This document shows, in pieces, positions 9,901 to 16,409 of a stretch of DNA of 64,000 nt. Within the stretch, counting starts at the first letter, position 1. Each line of letters begins with the position of its first letter. The position numbers and the translations under genes are program-made. Source of the stretch: an uncultured Alphaproteobacteria bacterium (GTDB lineage Bacteria; Pseudomonadota; Alphaproteobacteria; Rs-D84); NCBI GenBank assembly GCA_944389265.1, contig CALXLS010000002.1, forward strand, positions 177,349 to 241,348, in the 5' to 3' direction. The notes under the pieces were generated by a model. The model had not been told where the DNA came from, did no database searches, and saw nothing but the letters and a program-made list of their open reading frames with translations.

Positions 9901-10781
9901 TCCGCTTTATTACCTTGGAACAAGACATTTGAAACATCAGCTATCTTACCAGTTTCATCATTAAATATAGCACCACCTGTCTTAGCAGAATTTCCTACAA
10001 ACTTAGTATTTTCTGCAATATTCAATGTGCCCTTATTATAAATAGCCCCACCTGCATTAGCTGAATTGCTTTCAAATAAAGAATTTGCACCGATATTTAC
10101 AGTATTATAAAAATCTGTTTTATCTTCTGCTTTATCATTATTTAAATTAGCAATCGCACCACCACGATTAGCAGCGGTATTTCCTTTGAACACAGATTGA
10201 CCAAGTGTTAAATTACTTCCAACAGTCACCCCATTTGATTTATCTGTCCAAATTGCGATTGCGCCACCATCTGCTTCTGTTGAATTTTTTTCAAACAGAG
10301 CGCCATCACCCATAACAAAATTTTCGGCGGCTTCAATTCCTAAAGCACCGCCTAACCATTTAGAAGAATTGCCTTTAAACACAGTATTCTTTCCGAAAGA
10401 AATATTTCTATCAGAATCTTCTGTTTCTGGAATCTTTACATATAAACCACCAGACATCTTATTAGATGTATTTCCTTCAAACGTCCAACCGTCACCTGCT
10501 GTAAACCCATTTAATGCCTTCATAGCACCACCAGAATTTACAGAAGAATTATTTTTAAAGGTTACATTATTAGCGCCATTCTTCGACAAAGAATCACCGT
10601 AACTTATGGTCAAAGCACCTGCCCTTTCATCAGCTACTTCATTCTTTTGATTTTCGAATACTTGACCTTCTTGAATATCAACAACCGCGGCCTTTGCAGA
10701 AGTCAGACCAACGGTAGAAATCATGCCACATACTGCAAAAACAGGCAGTACAGAGCATGCTTTAAGTAGTTTATTAGACAT
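6948..10781 (-). CDS. Pmp-like (polymorphic membrane protein-type) autotransporter/adhesin, 1277 aa
   Basis: Signal peptide MSNKLLKACSVLPVFAVCGMISTVGLTSAKA. More than 20 GGA[ILV] repeats (GGAIYN, GGALYN, GGAIFN...) are interleaved with FxxN motifs (FVGN, FQGN, FINN, FTNN). The C-terminal ~300 aa have beta-barrel character and end in ...MLKFRYNF. A strong AAGGAGAAAGT SD sits before the ATG. Confidence 0.85.
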   Translation of the reverse strand: MSNKLLKACSVLPVFAVCGMISTVGLTSAKAAVVDIQEGQVFENQKNEVADERAGALTISYGDSLSKNGANNVTFKNNSSVNSGGAMKALNGFTAGDGWTFEGNTSNKMSGGLYVKIPETEDSDRNISFGKNTVFKGNSSKWLGGALGIEAAENFVMGDGALFEKNSTEADGGAIAIWTDKSNGVTVGSNLTLGQSVFKGNTAANRGGAIANLNNDKAEDKTDFYNTVNIGANSLFESNSANAGGAIYNKGTLNIAENTKFVGNSAKTGGAIFNDETGKIADVSNVLFQGNKAEAYKDAKASLTDDVYAQGGAIYNFGEIGAVTGDFSNNTAHTKSETASKATANGGALALYQSTIESITGNFVGNAAIAEIVGEDKDYSDEMVSQDKLVSAGGGAIHIEGKWATGDTTKIGSINGNFVNNSATGDAYANGGAIYIKAGPNTDVSIDKITGDFINNKVVAVTDNKDIAKTSTGGAISIKEASGKNATVDVEGNFGGNSVTTNVTTAQGGAVYNEGTFTAKGNFQNNLAFSNTGKVYGGALYNKGTANITGHFVNNAAQSEDHVSGFGGAIFNDGELTLAENTTFYANRADNAGGALYNSGNIAELKGMRFQNNYSANGGAINNANLPDLGQGTINSISDSYFYGNIASNGGAIRNQGVITSITDTVFEYNQGGNGGALWNGTLGQIDTVEKIENAAFINNTALTGVVQQGGAITNAGKIGMIDGVLFDGNKAGKKGGAFANINSAVGYEGQTATLKNVTFTNNTSGEFGGAVYNDTKGNLTFQGDNVFAGNTAAGVANDIHNLGSLTFADGTTIIGGGITGTGSLSLNEGATLNIGANTINQGTMNINGNVAASIVNSQSYGKLVGDLTVGDSAELTLNIGATGVYNIFVDEDLEIANLTINANDALYNVSMDGSAIVVETKAVEEIAAATNLAVDTAGVLAGLANSDSYEMGIASLVAQQALAEGNTEYVEAESAKLKADDKPVTHSVATSVQNQVLSLASGRMSGNANVGRSGGDLANADYGVWAQGLFNKSKLNGQFDGYTRGVAVGADALIDGDYTIGIGYAYNSTDVHAENARDTDIESNSIFVYGQYKPAQWYVNAALNYTMADYTETTNAFGVEVNSEYDVTSFGGQVMGGYDFANGLTPEAGVRYLHISQDDYNNGLADIKVGDTDYLTGVAGVKYVFDIDTEKGLSLRPELRAAATYDVLSDEAIATVTMPGAASYIVDSKRLSRLGGEFGIGLTANYKGVEVSLNYDLDLHEDYTSQTGMLKFRYNF

Positions 10782-10881
10782 ACTTTCTCCTTTAGTAAAT
10801 TTTATTTTGGGCCTTCTGTACCAAAAAGCCTATCATACCTAGGACTATCGTCAACAAAAATATTTTTGATAATAATCCTAT

Positions 10882-11119
10882 AAAAAACCGCCAAGGAAAT
10901 GGCGGTCGGGGAGTTAAGAAAATCACCCAAAAGTATGACCCCGCCAGTTTTCGGGATACCCTATTTTATAACTGACGGCTCCCCGACCTGATACGGGGTT
11001 CAGAGACAATAAATGGCGCAAATCCGCGCCGTATATCATCCCTACATCTCAGCATAAAAAAACTTATGCTGCTTTTGGGTTGGCTTTCTTACGGCCCGAA
11101 ACCACATCCCTGTGGATTC
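10882..11119 (-). ncRNA. Structured ~235-nt leader/ncRNA, copy A; unclassified riboswitch- or attenuator-like element upstream of the Pmp-like autotransporter
   Basis: Its own promoter is TTGTCT-16-TATAAT (complement 11126-11153). Conserved blocks are shared with copy B at 15170-15405. The RNA ends in terminator ACCGCCA-uuuccu-UGGCGGU plus U6 at 10882-10906. Details are in the findings. Confidence 0.6.
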
Positions 11120-11125
11120 ATAAAA

Positions 11126-11153
11126 ATTATACGAAAAGCACATAAAAAGACAA
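11126..11153 (-). promoter_or_regulatory. Sigma70-like promoter for RNA copy A
   Basis: On the minus strand: TTGTCT, a 16-nt spacer, then TATAAT. The predicted TSS is ~11119, at the AUG that opens the conserved 5' hairpin. Confidence 0.5.
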
Positions 11154-11205
11154 GAAAATATTTTGATTGCAAATTTACGAAAATAATATATAATAAGGCG
11201 CGCAT

Positions 11206-11279
11206 TGGGGCATAGTTTAACGGTAGAACTCCGGACTCTGACTCCGTCAGTGTTGGTTCGAATCCAGCTGCCCCAACCA
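11206..11279 (+). tRNA. tRNA-Gln (anticodon CUG)
   Basis: Cloverleaf folded by hand. Acceptor stem TGGGGCA/TGCCCCA with a U1:A72 pair, typical of tRNA-Gln. D-arm GTTT/GAAC. Anticodon loop CTCTGAC. T-arm GTTGG-TTCGAAT-CCAGC. Encoded CCA. An upstream TTGATT...TATATA promoter-like sequence is present. Confidence 0.8.
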
Positions 11280-11307
11280 ATAATTCAACCCGCCTTGTGC
11301 GGGTTTA
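11277..11307 (+). repeat. 31-bp perfect direct repeat, copy 1. Begins at the CCA end of tRNA-Gln and includes a terminator hairpin.
   Basis: CCAATAATTCAACCCGCCTTGTGCGGGTTTA. Identical to 11458-11488. Confidence 0.9.
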
Positions 11308-11457
11308 ATTATTGGTCTGAGGCGATGGTTCAACAATGCAACAACCGTTGCTTTGGTTCGACAATGAGTAGATTTGATAAGCCTGCGAAATCAAATCGTC
11401 ACGAATGCCCCGCAGGACATATATTTATATATGCCCGAGGGAATCAGCTGCGACCCG

Positions 11458-11488
11458 CCAATAATTCAACCCGCCTTGTGCGGGTTTA
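11458..11488 (+). repeat. 31-bp perfect direct repeat, copy 2
   Basis: Identical to 11277-11307 and lies 181 bp downstream. Contains the hairpin CCCGC-cttgtg-GCGGG followed by TTT. Confidence 0.9.
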
Positions 11489-11548
11489 TTTCTTAAAAAT
11501 AATTTTATTCATTTTGTTTTTTATCCACTTATATTTATAATACTAACC

Positions 11549-11935
11549 ATGAAAGTAATAACAATTTGGCAACCTTATGCACAAGCAATCATAATTGGAC
11601 TTAAAAAATTTGAAACACGTTCTTGGCCTACAAAACACAGGGGCAAAATTGCTATTCATGCCTCAATTAAACCTTTATCAAAAGAACGCGAACTATTATC
11701 TGAAAAATATGGCATTAAAAACTTCTCTTTCGGTGAAATCGTAATTATCGCAGACTTAACCGATTGCATTTTAATGACAGAAGACTTTATAAAATCACAA
11801 ACCCAAACAGAAATAGATTTCGGAGATTGGCGACCTGGGCATTATGCATGGAAACTTGATAACATAAAAGTTCTTGAAAAACCGATAAAAGCAACAGGTA
11901 AACAAGGCTTATGGAATTTCGATTTAAAAGGTTAA
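11549..11935 (+). CDS. ASCH-domain protein (PUA-like fold), 128 aa
   Basis: N-terminus MKVITIWQPYAQAIIIGLKKFETRSWPTKHRGKIAIHAS matches the ASCH signature (IxxxQPWAxxIxxGxKxxExRxW...RGxxxIHA). Confidence 0.7.
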   Translation: MKVITIWQPYAQAIIIGLKKFETRSWPTKHRGKIAIHASIKPLSKERELLSEKYGIKNFSFGEIVIIADLTDCILMTEDFIKSQTQTEIDFGDWRPGHYAWKLDNIKVLEKPIKATGKQGLWNFDLKG

Positions 11936-11938
11936 TAA

Positions 11939-12628
11939 ATGAACAACAAAGAAAAATTCTATAACATGCTAAAAAATTTTCGCAAGGGGGAAAACGGTGG
12001 TAACCCCAATGCTAAATTATGGTTTTGCGGTATTGAAAACATGGCGTATGGCACCCCACAAAAAGAACATAATCTTAATTTACTAAACATACCAGAATAC
12101 ACAAAACTTTCTGGGCAAGACCTAACAGGTTCTTTTAACAAAAAGATAAAATACATACTTGAACATTTAGGACTTATTGATTCTAACATCTCTGCGGACG
12201 ATATGTATAAGTCTAATAATTTTTATTGTACTAATTTATTTCCTTTTGCATTTTATGACGCAAATGATTGTGATACAAAATACTTATATGAACTGACTGG
12301 CCTAAACACCAGACAAGAATACGAAGAAGCATGTCTATCCACCAAGACAAACAACAACGAATGGCAAGAATTTAAAAAGAATGCGAAAGTTATAATTTGT
12401 TTCGGGAAACAAAACTGGTCTCAATTTTTAGAAATCTTTTGCACCTCAAAATTTGATAAAGAAAAAAACAAACTATCATTACAATCATCTAAACACAATA
12501 AAGTTCTGATAAATCTAAATAACGGACAAACGATTATATTATGTTCTCACCCACGATACTGGAAAGACTGGTCTAATCAAGAAACAAATAAACTAATAAA
12601 AGAAATAAAAAAAATCTTAGCACTGTAA
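11939..12628 (+). CDS. Hypothetical protein (229 aa). Possibly a distant uracil-DNA-glycosylase-superfamily fold, speculative.
   Basis: Start codon lies 1 nt after the ASCH gene stop, so the two are operonic. The motif LWFCGIENMAYG and a C-terminal CSHPRYW are loosely reminiscent of UDG motifs (h-G-x-D/E...G and HPS). No firm match. Confidence 0.45.
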   Translation: MNNKEKFYNMLKNFRKGENGGNPNAKLWFCGIENMAYGTPQKEHNLNLLNIPEYTKLSGQDLTGSFNKKIKYILEHLGLIDSNISADDMYKSNNFYCTNLFPFAFYDANDCDTKYLYELTGLNTRQEYEEACLSTKTNNNEWQEFKKNAKVIICFGKQNWSQFLEIFCTSKFDKEKNKLSLQSSKHNKVLINLNNGQTIILCSHPRYWKDWSNQETNKLIKEIKKILAL

Positions 12629-12686
12629 AAAACTCAGCGATTTCATTCCTGTGGCTAAAAATCAAATTAAAACACATAATATAAAT

Positions 12687-13772
12687 ATGCAAAAGAAGAA
12701 CTTGATTTTTAGCCTGGCGGTCATCATGACATTGACCAGCGCAACAGTGGCCGATGCTTGTACAGGCATCACCCTGAAATCCAAAGACAATGGCGTTGTA
12801 GTTGCAAGAACAATTGAATGGGGTGAATCCGAAATGGAAAACCTTTATGTAATTGTTCCGCGCAATCATATTCAACAATCTATGCTACCTGACGGTGATT
12901 CTGGTGGTATGACATTTTCCAGCATGTATGGATACGTCGGCTTGGCCGTTGTCGAACCAGGTTGGGTTGTTGACGGTATGAACGAAGCGGGTCTGTCTGC
13001 CGCCCTATTCTATTTTCCAGGCTATGGTCAATATCCGAAATACAATCCTGCGAACAAGGGGAAAACAATATCAGACTTTCAGTTAGTATCTTGGATATTA
13101 TCAAGATTTTCAACCATAGACCAAGTAAAAGCCGCAATTCAAAATATTGATGTTGTGGGCATCTATCCAAACGCATCAACTGCACACTGGCGCGTAACAG
13201 ATTCTACCGGCCGACAAATAGTTATAGAAATTGTTGAGGGTAAACCACAAATCTACGAAAACGAATTGGGGGTTTTAACTAACTCGCCCAATTTCCCATG
13301 GCAAATTAAAAACCTAAACAATTATGTAAATCTTATGCCAGGAACAGCAGGTCCTGTAAAAATGGGTGGTATAACGCTTTCCGCATTCGGCGCAGGTAGT
13401 GGCATGCTTGGTCTTCCTGGTGATATGACCCCACCTTCCCGATTCGTTCGTGCTTCTTTCTTCCAGACATACTCTATCCAGCAAGACACTTCATACGATT
13501 CCGCAATGCTAGCATTTCATATACTAAATAACTTTGATGTTCCACTTGGCACAGAATTCCCTGTTGGCAAAGCACCTGTTGATATGCCTTCTGCGACCCA
13601 ATGGACAATTGCAACAGATATGAAAGACAGAGTTATATATTATCACACGATGTATAACAGGACGATTCGTTCTATTGATATGGACAAGATAGATTTTGCA
13701 AATGTACCATTTCAATCTGCACCGCTTGATGAAACGAAGCAAGAAACAATCATTCCGATACAAATTCGTTGA
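12687..13772 (+). CDS. Secreted Ntn-hydrolase of the choloylglycine hydrolase / penicillin V acylase (linear amide C-N hydrolase) family
   Basis: Signal peptide MQKKNLIFSLAVIMTLTSATVADA, immediately followed by Cys (CTGITLKSKDNGVVVARTIEWG...), the N-terminal nucleophile arrangement of this family. The ORF-track start at 12651 is a GTG. The ATG at 12687 is preferred. Confidence 0.7.
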   Translation: MQKKNLIFSLAVIMTLTSATVADACTGITLKSKDNGVVVARTIEWGESEMENLYVIVPRNHIQQSMLPDGDSGGMTFSSMYGYVGLAVVEPGWVVDGMNEAGLSAALFYFPGYGQYPKYNPANKGKTISDFQLVSWILSRFSTIDQVKAAIQNIDVVGIYPNASTAHWRVTDSTGRQIVIEIVEGKPQIYENELGVLTNSPNFPWQIKNLNNYVNLMPGTAGPVKMGGITLSAFGAGSGMLGLPGDMTPPSRFVRASFFQTYSIQQDTSYDSAMLAFHILNNFDVPLGTEFPVGKAPVDMPSATQWTIATDMKDRVIYYHTMYNRTIRSIDMDKIDFANVPFQSAPLDETKQETIIPIQIR

Positions 13773-13776
13773 ACAA

Positions 13777-13805
13777 ACGTCGCACAAAAGCGACGTTTTT
13801 ATTTA
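13777..13805 (+). terminator. Rho-independent terminator
   Basis: AACGTCGC-acaaaa-GCGACGTT followed by TTTTATTT. Confidence 0.7.
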
Positions 13806-13865
13806 TAAAGTTTGCTTTTTTAGTCTTTCAGACTATAATCTCTTTTACATAAAAGGAGAAATTCT

Positions 13866-15104
13866 ATGAAAATAAAACCTTTTGCAGGTGTACGTCCACC
13901 AAAAGAACTTGCAGCAGAAGTCGCATCCCGCCCTTACGATGTTTTGAACTCTGTAGAAGCCAAAGCCGAAGCTGGTGAAAAATCTTTATTGCATATTATT
14001 AAACCGGAAATAGACTTTGATCCGATTGCCGATGAACATAGTCAGCAAGTTTACGATAAGGCCGTAGAAAACTTTAAACTGTGGCAAGAACGTGGTTGGT
14101 TAGTTCAAGACTCCAAAGAAATGTATTATATATATGCGCAAACTATGGACGGACGCACTCAATATGGTCTAGTTGCAGCAGCAAATGTCGAAGACTATAT
14201 GACAGGGAAAATCAAAAAGCATGAATTAACCCGTAAAGATAAAGAAGAAGACAGAATGATTCATGTCAGAATTCAAAATGCAAACATAGAACCAGTTTTC
14301 TTCGCCTATCCTGATGTTGCAGAAATGAATGACATAGTAAAAAACTATGTAGAAAAACACGAACCAGAATATGACTTCGTTGCAGCAGATGGTTTTGGTC
14401 ATAAATTCTGGGCAATTACAGATGACGCTATAAACAATCGCATTACAGAAATCTTCAAAGAAATTCCTGCAATGTATGTTGCAGACGGTCACCACAGAAC
14501 TGCCGCTGCTGCGCTGGTAGGTGAAGAAAAGCGCAAAGCAAACCCAAATCATACAGGCAACGAAGAATATAATTATTTCTTGGCGGTTATTTTCCCAGAA
14601 AGCCAATTAAAAGTTATAGACTATAACCGCGTTGTAAAAGATTTGAATGGTTTAACATCCGCAGAATTTTTAGAAAAACTTTCAGAATCTTTTGAAGTTG
14701 AAGAAAAAGGCACAGAAATATACAAGCCTAACAAATTACATAACTTTGGGATGTATTTAGACGGGAAATGGTATTCACTAACCGCGAAACCAGGAACATA
14801 TAACGACAATGACCCTATCGGTGTTTTAGATGTGACAGTACTATCTAACTTAGTATTTGATAAAATACTGGACTTAGGTGACTTGCGCACCAGCAAAAGA
14901 ATTGACTTTGTGGGTGGCATTCGTGGTCTGGGTGAACTACAAAAGCGCGTAGATTCAGGCGAAATGGTTGCAGCATTTGCACTGTATCCTGTGACAATGC
15001 GTCAGATAATAGACATTGCAGATACGGGTAATATTATGCCACCAAAGACAACATGGTTTGAACCGAAATTACGTAGTGGTTTAGTAATACACAAACTATC
15101 ATAA
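13866..15104 (+). CDS. DUF1015-family protein (412 aa)
   Basis: MKIKPFAGVRPPKELAAEVASRPYDVLNSVEAKAEAG...YVADGHHRTAAA matches the conserved DUF1015 N-terminal signature and the ADGHHR motif. Length is typical. AAAGGAGAAATTCT SD. Confidence 0.75.
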   Translation: MKIKPFAGVRPPKELAAEVASRPYDVLNSVEAKAEAGEKSLLHIIKPEIDFDPIADEHSQQVYDKAVENFKLWQERGWLVQDSKEMYYIYAQTMDGRTQYGLVAAANVEDYMTGKIKKHELTRKDKEEDRMIHVRIQNANIEPVFFAYPDVAEMNDIVKNYVEKHEPEYDFVAADGFGHKFWAITDDAINNRITEIFKEIPAMYVADGHHRTAAAALVGEEKRKANPNHTGNEEYNYFLAVIFPESQLKVIDYNRVVKDLNGLTSAEFLEKLSESFEVEEKGTEIYKPNKLHNFGMYLDGKWYSLTAKPGTYNDNDPIGVLDVTVLSNLVFDKILDLGDLRTSKRIDFVGGIRGLGELQKRVDSGEMVAAFALYPVTMRQIIDIADTGNIMPPKTTWFEPKLRSGLVIHKLS

Positions 15105-15109
15105 CAAAC

Positions 15110-15132
15110 AGCCCCCTTACTGGGGGCTTTTT
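15110..15132 (+). terminator. Rho-independent terminator
   Basis: AGCCCCC-ttact-GGGGGCT followed by TTTT. Confidence 0.7.
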
Positions 15133-15134
15133 CA

Positions 15135-15163
15135 TTGACATAAAAAGCAAAAATAAATATAAT
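15135..15163 (+). promoter_or_regulatory. Consensus sigma70 promoter for RNA copy B
   Basis: TTGACA (15135-15140), a 17-nt spacer, then TATAAT (15158-15163). Predicted TSS ~15170. Confidence 0.6.
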
Positions 15164-15169
15164 TAAAAT

Positions 15170-15405
15170 AAATCAATGGGGACATTGGTTTGGGGCTGTA
15201 GCAAGCCTTTCTACAAGCGGTATTTTATACCGGATCCGCGTATATAAGCGGTGCACATATGCACCTTTTCTTGTATCCCCGTACTGCGAAAGGTCGGGGA
15301 GCCGCCTGCCATAAAACAGGGATTCCCCGAAAGCAGTGCGGAATCAATCTTGTAGATGATTTGCTAACTCCCCGACCGCCATCAAGTCCTTGTTGGCGTT
15401 TTTTA
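15170..15405 (+). ncRNA. Structured ~235-nt leader RNA, copy B. Unclassified riboswitch- or attenuator-like element fused to the 5' end of the cysteine-rich secreted protein gene at 15428.
   Basis: Homologous to copy A, with covarying helices. It ends in terminator CGCCAUCAAGUCCUUGUUGGCG plus U6 (15377-15404). The downstream start codon is only 22 nt beyond the U-tract, with no promoter in between, so gene expression requires read-through. Confidence 0.6.
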
Positions 15406-15427
15406 ACAATCCAGGAAGGCCGAAATC

Positions 15428-16378
15428 ATGAAAAAATTTATAACCTCTGTACTTTACACGACAATATGTATATTTGCATATTTCCCGGCGAACGCAGAAC
15501 TTTGTTGTATTGTAAATGACATGTTCGTTGGAAAATGCCCAACAGCAGAAGACCTTGATTGGGGTTCTGCCGCACCAGATCCAAAATGCATTTGCACAGC
15601 TGGGGTTCCACCTCTTTGCAAAATGACAGAAATTTTTAGTCGGTGTCCAGATGGGACCGTTGCGGGTCAATATATAAAAGACTGCACCTGTACAGAATGC
15701 CAAAGTGGTGGTGGCGGAACAGGTGGTGGCTCACTATTACCATGTACTGCATGTGATGAAGTTGGTTGGCAAAGTAACGGCACAGGCTATGAAATTAAAA
15801 AAACAGGCGGGACATGCAGCGGCAACACAAGTTCATATCACGGTACCTGCAAAGGTCAAACAATAGAATATCGGTGTGCACCTGGTTATTGTGGTACAAC
15901 AACTGACGGTAAAACAGGTTGCGTCAAAGCAGATTATGAAGATTTTTTGGTAAACTGTAGAGTTATAGACAAATTCGAAAACGAATGCCCTTCTGGTGTT
16001 ACTAATTGCATATGTACAAATACATACCCCAAAATATGCACCGTACTTGATATATTTGATACCCCGCCTTCCTGGGCACAAAATTACTTTTGTGGAACGA
16101 ATTATTGGGTTAGTACAGCAACAGGTCACGAACAGAACAAAATAGTAAATATCGAAGGAGAATCTTGCACATCCTTCTCTCAATCCTATAGATGCTCTGC
16201 CGGCTATTACGGTTCTACAACGAATGGAACTTCTGGTTGTTCAAAATGTCCTATACCTGGTACAAGTCTTGCCGGACAAAATTCCGCCATTGGTCAGTGT
16301 TATATTCCATCAAACACCCCTCAAACCGACACAACAGGGCAATATATATACAGCTTAAATTGTTATTATACGAACTAA
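15428..16378 (+). CDS. Secreted cysteine-rich protein (316 aa)
   Basis: Signal peptide MKKFITSVLYTTICIFAYFPANA. AGGAAGG SD. About 40 Cys, with CC and CxC doublets and a GGGGTGGG linker. Preceded by RNA copy B. Confidence 0.75.
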   Translation: MKKFITSVLYTTICIFAYFPANAELCCIVNDMFVGKCPTAEDLDWGSAAPDPKCICTAGVPPLCKMTEIFSRCPDGTVAGQYIKDCTCTECQSGGGGTGGGSLLPCTACDEVGWQSNGTGYEIKKTGGTCSGNTSSYHGTCKGQTIEYRCAPGYCGTTTDGKTGCVKADYEDFLVNCRVIDKFENECPSGVTNCICTNTYPKICTVLDIFDTPPSWAQNYFCGTNYWVSTATGHEQNKIVNIEGESCTSFSQSYRCSAGYYGSTTNGTSGCSKCPIPGTSLAGQNSAIGQCYIPSNTPQTDTTGQYIYSLNCYYTN

Positions 16379-16409
16379 AAATCCGCCGGTTGGCGGATTT
16401 TTATTTTGA
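16377..16409. terminator. Bidirectional terminator between 15428-16378 (+) and grpE (-)
   Basis: AAAA-ATCCGCC-ggt-TGGCGGAT-TTTTATTTT. Confidence 0.7.

Noticed and set aside
10882-11119. Considered whether the two structured RNAs are pieces of a two-piece (permuted) alphaproteobacterial tmRNA. RNA B begins GGGGCUG-like, and RNA A contains ...AAA GCA GCA UAA (…KAA*).
   Set aside because: No tRNA-like T-arm (GGUUCGAnUCC) or 3' CCA acceptor is present. Both copies end in intrinsic terminators. No plausible tag-peptide frame is shared between the copies. Both are full-length homologs of each other, not complementary halves.
11089-11280. ORF on the minus strand (63 aa, contains GFEPT) and the + ORF at 11205-11540
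   Set aside because: Both overlap the tRNA-Gln gene. The 'GFEPT' peptide is the usual translation artefact of a tRNA T-arm. No SD.
12651-12686. GTG start for the Ntn-hydrolase gene (ORF track start)
   Set aside because: The ATG at 12687 begins a textbook signal peptide ending ...ADA immediately before the catalytic Cys. The upstream 12 codons are not needed. Neither start has a strong SD, so this remains somewhat uncertain.
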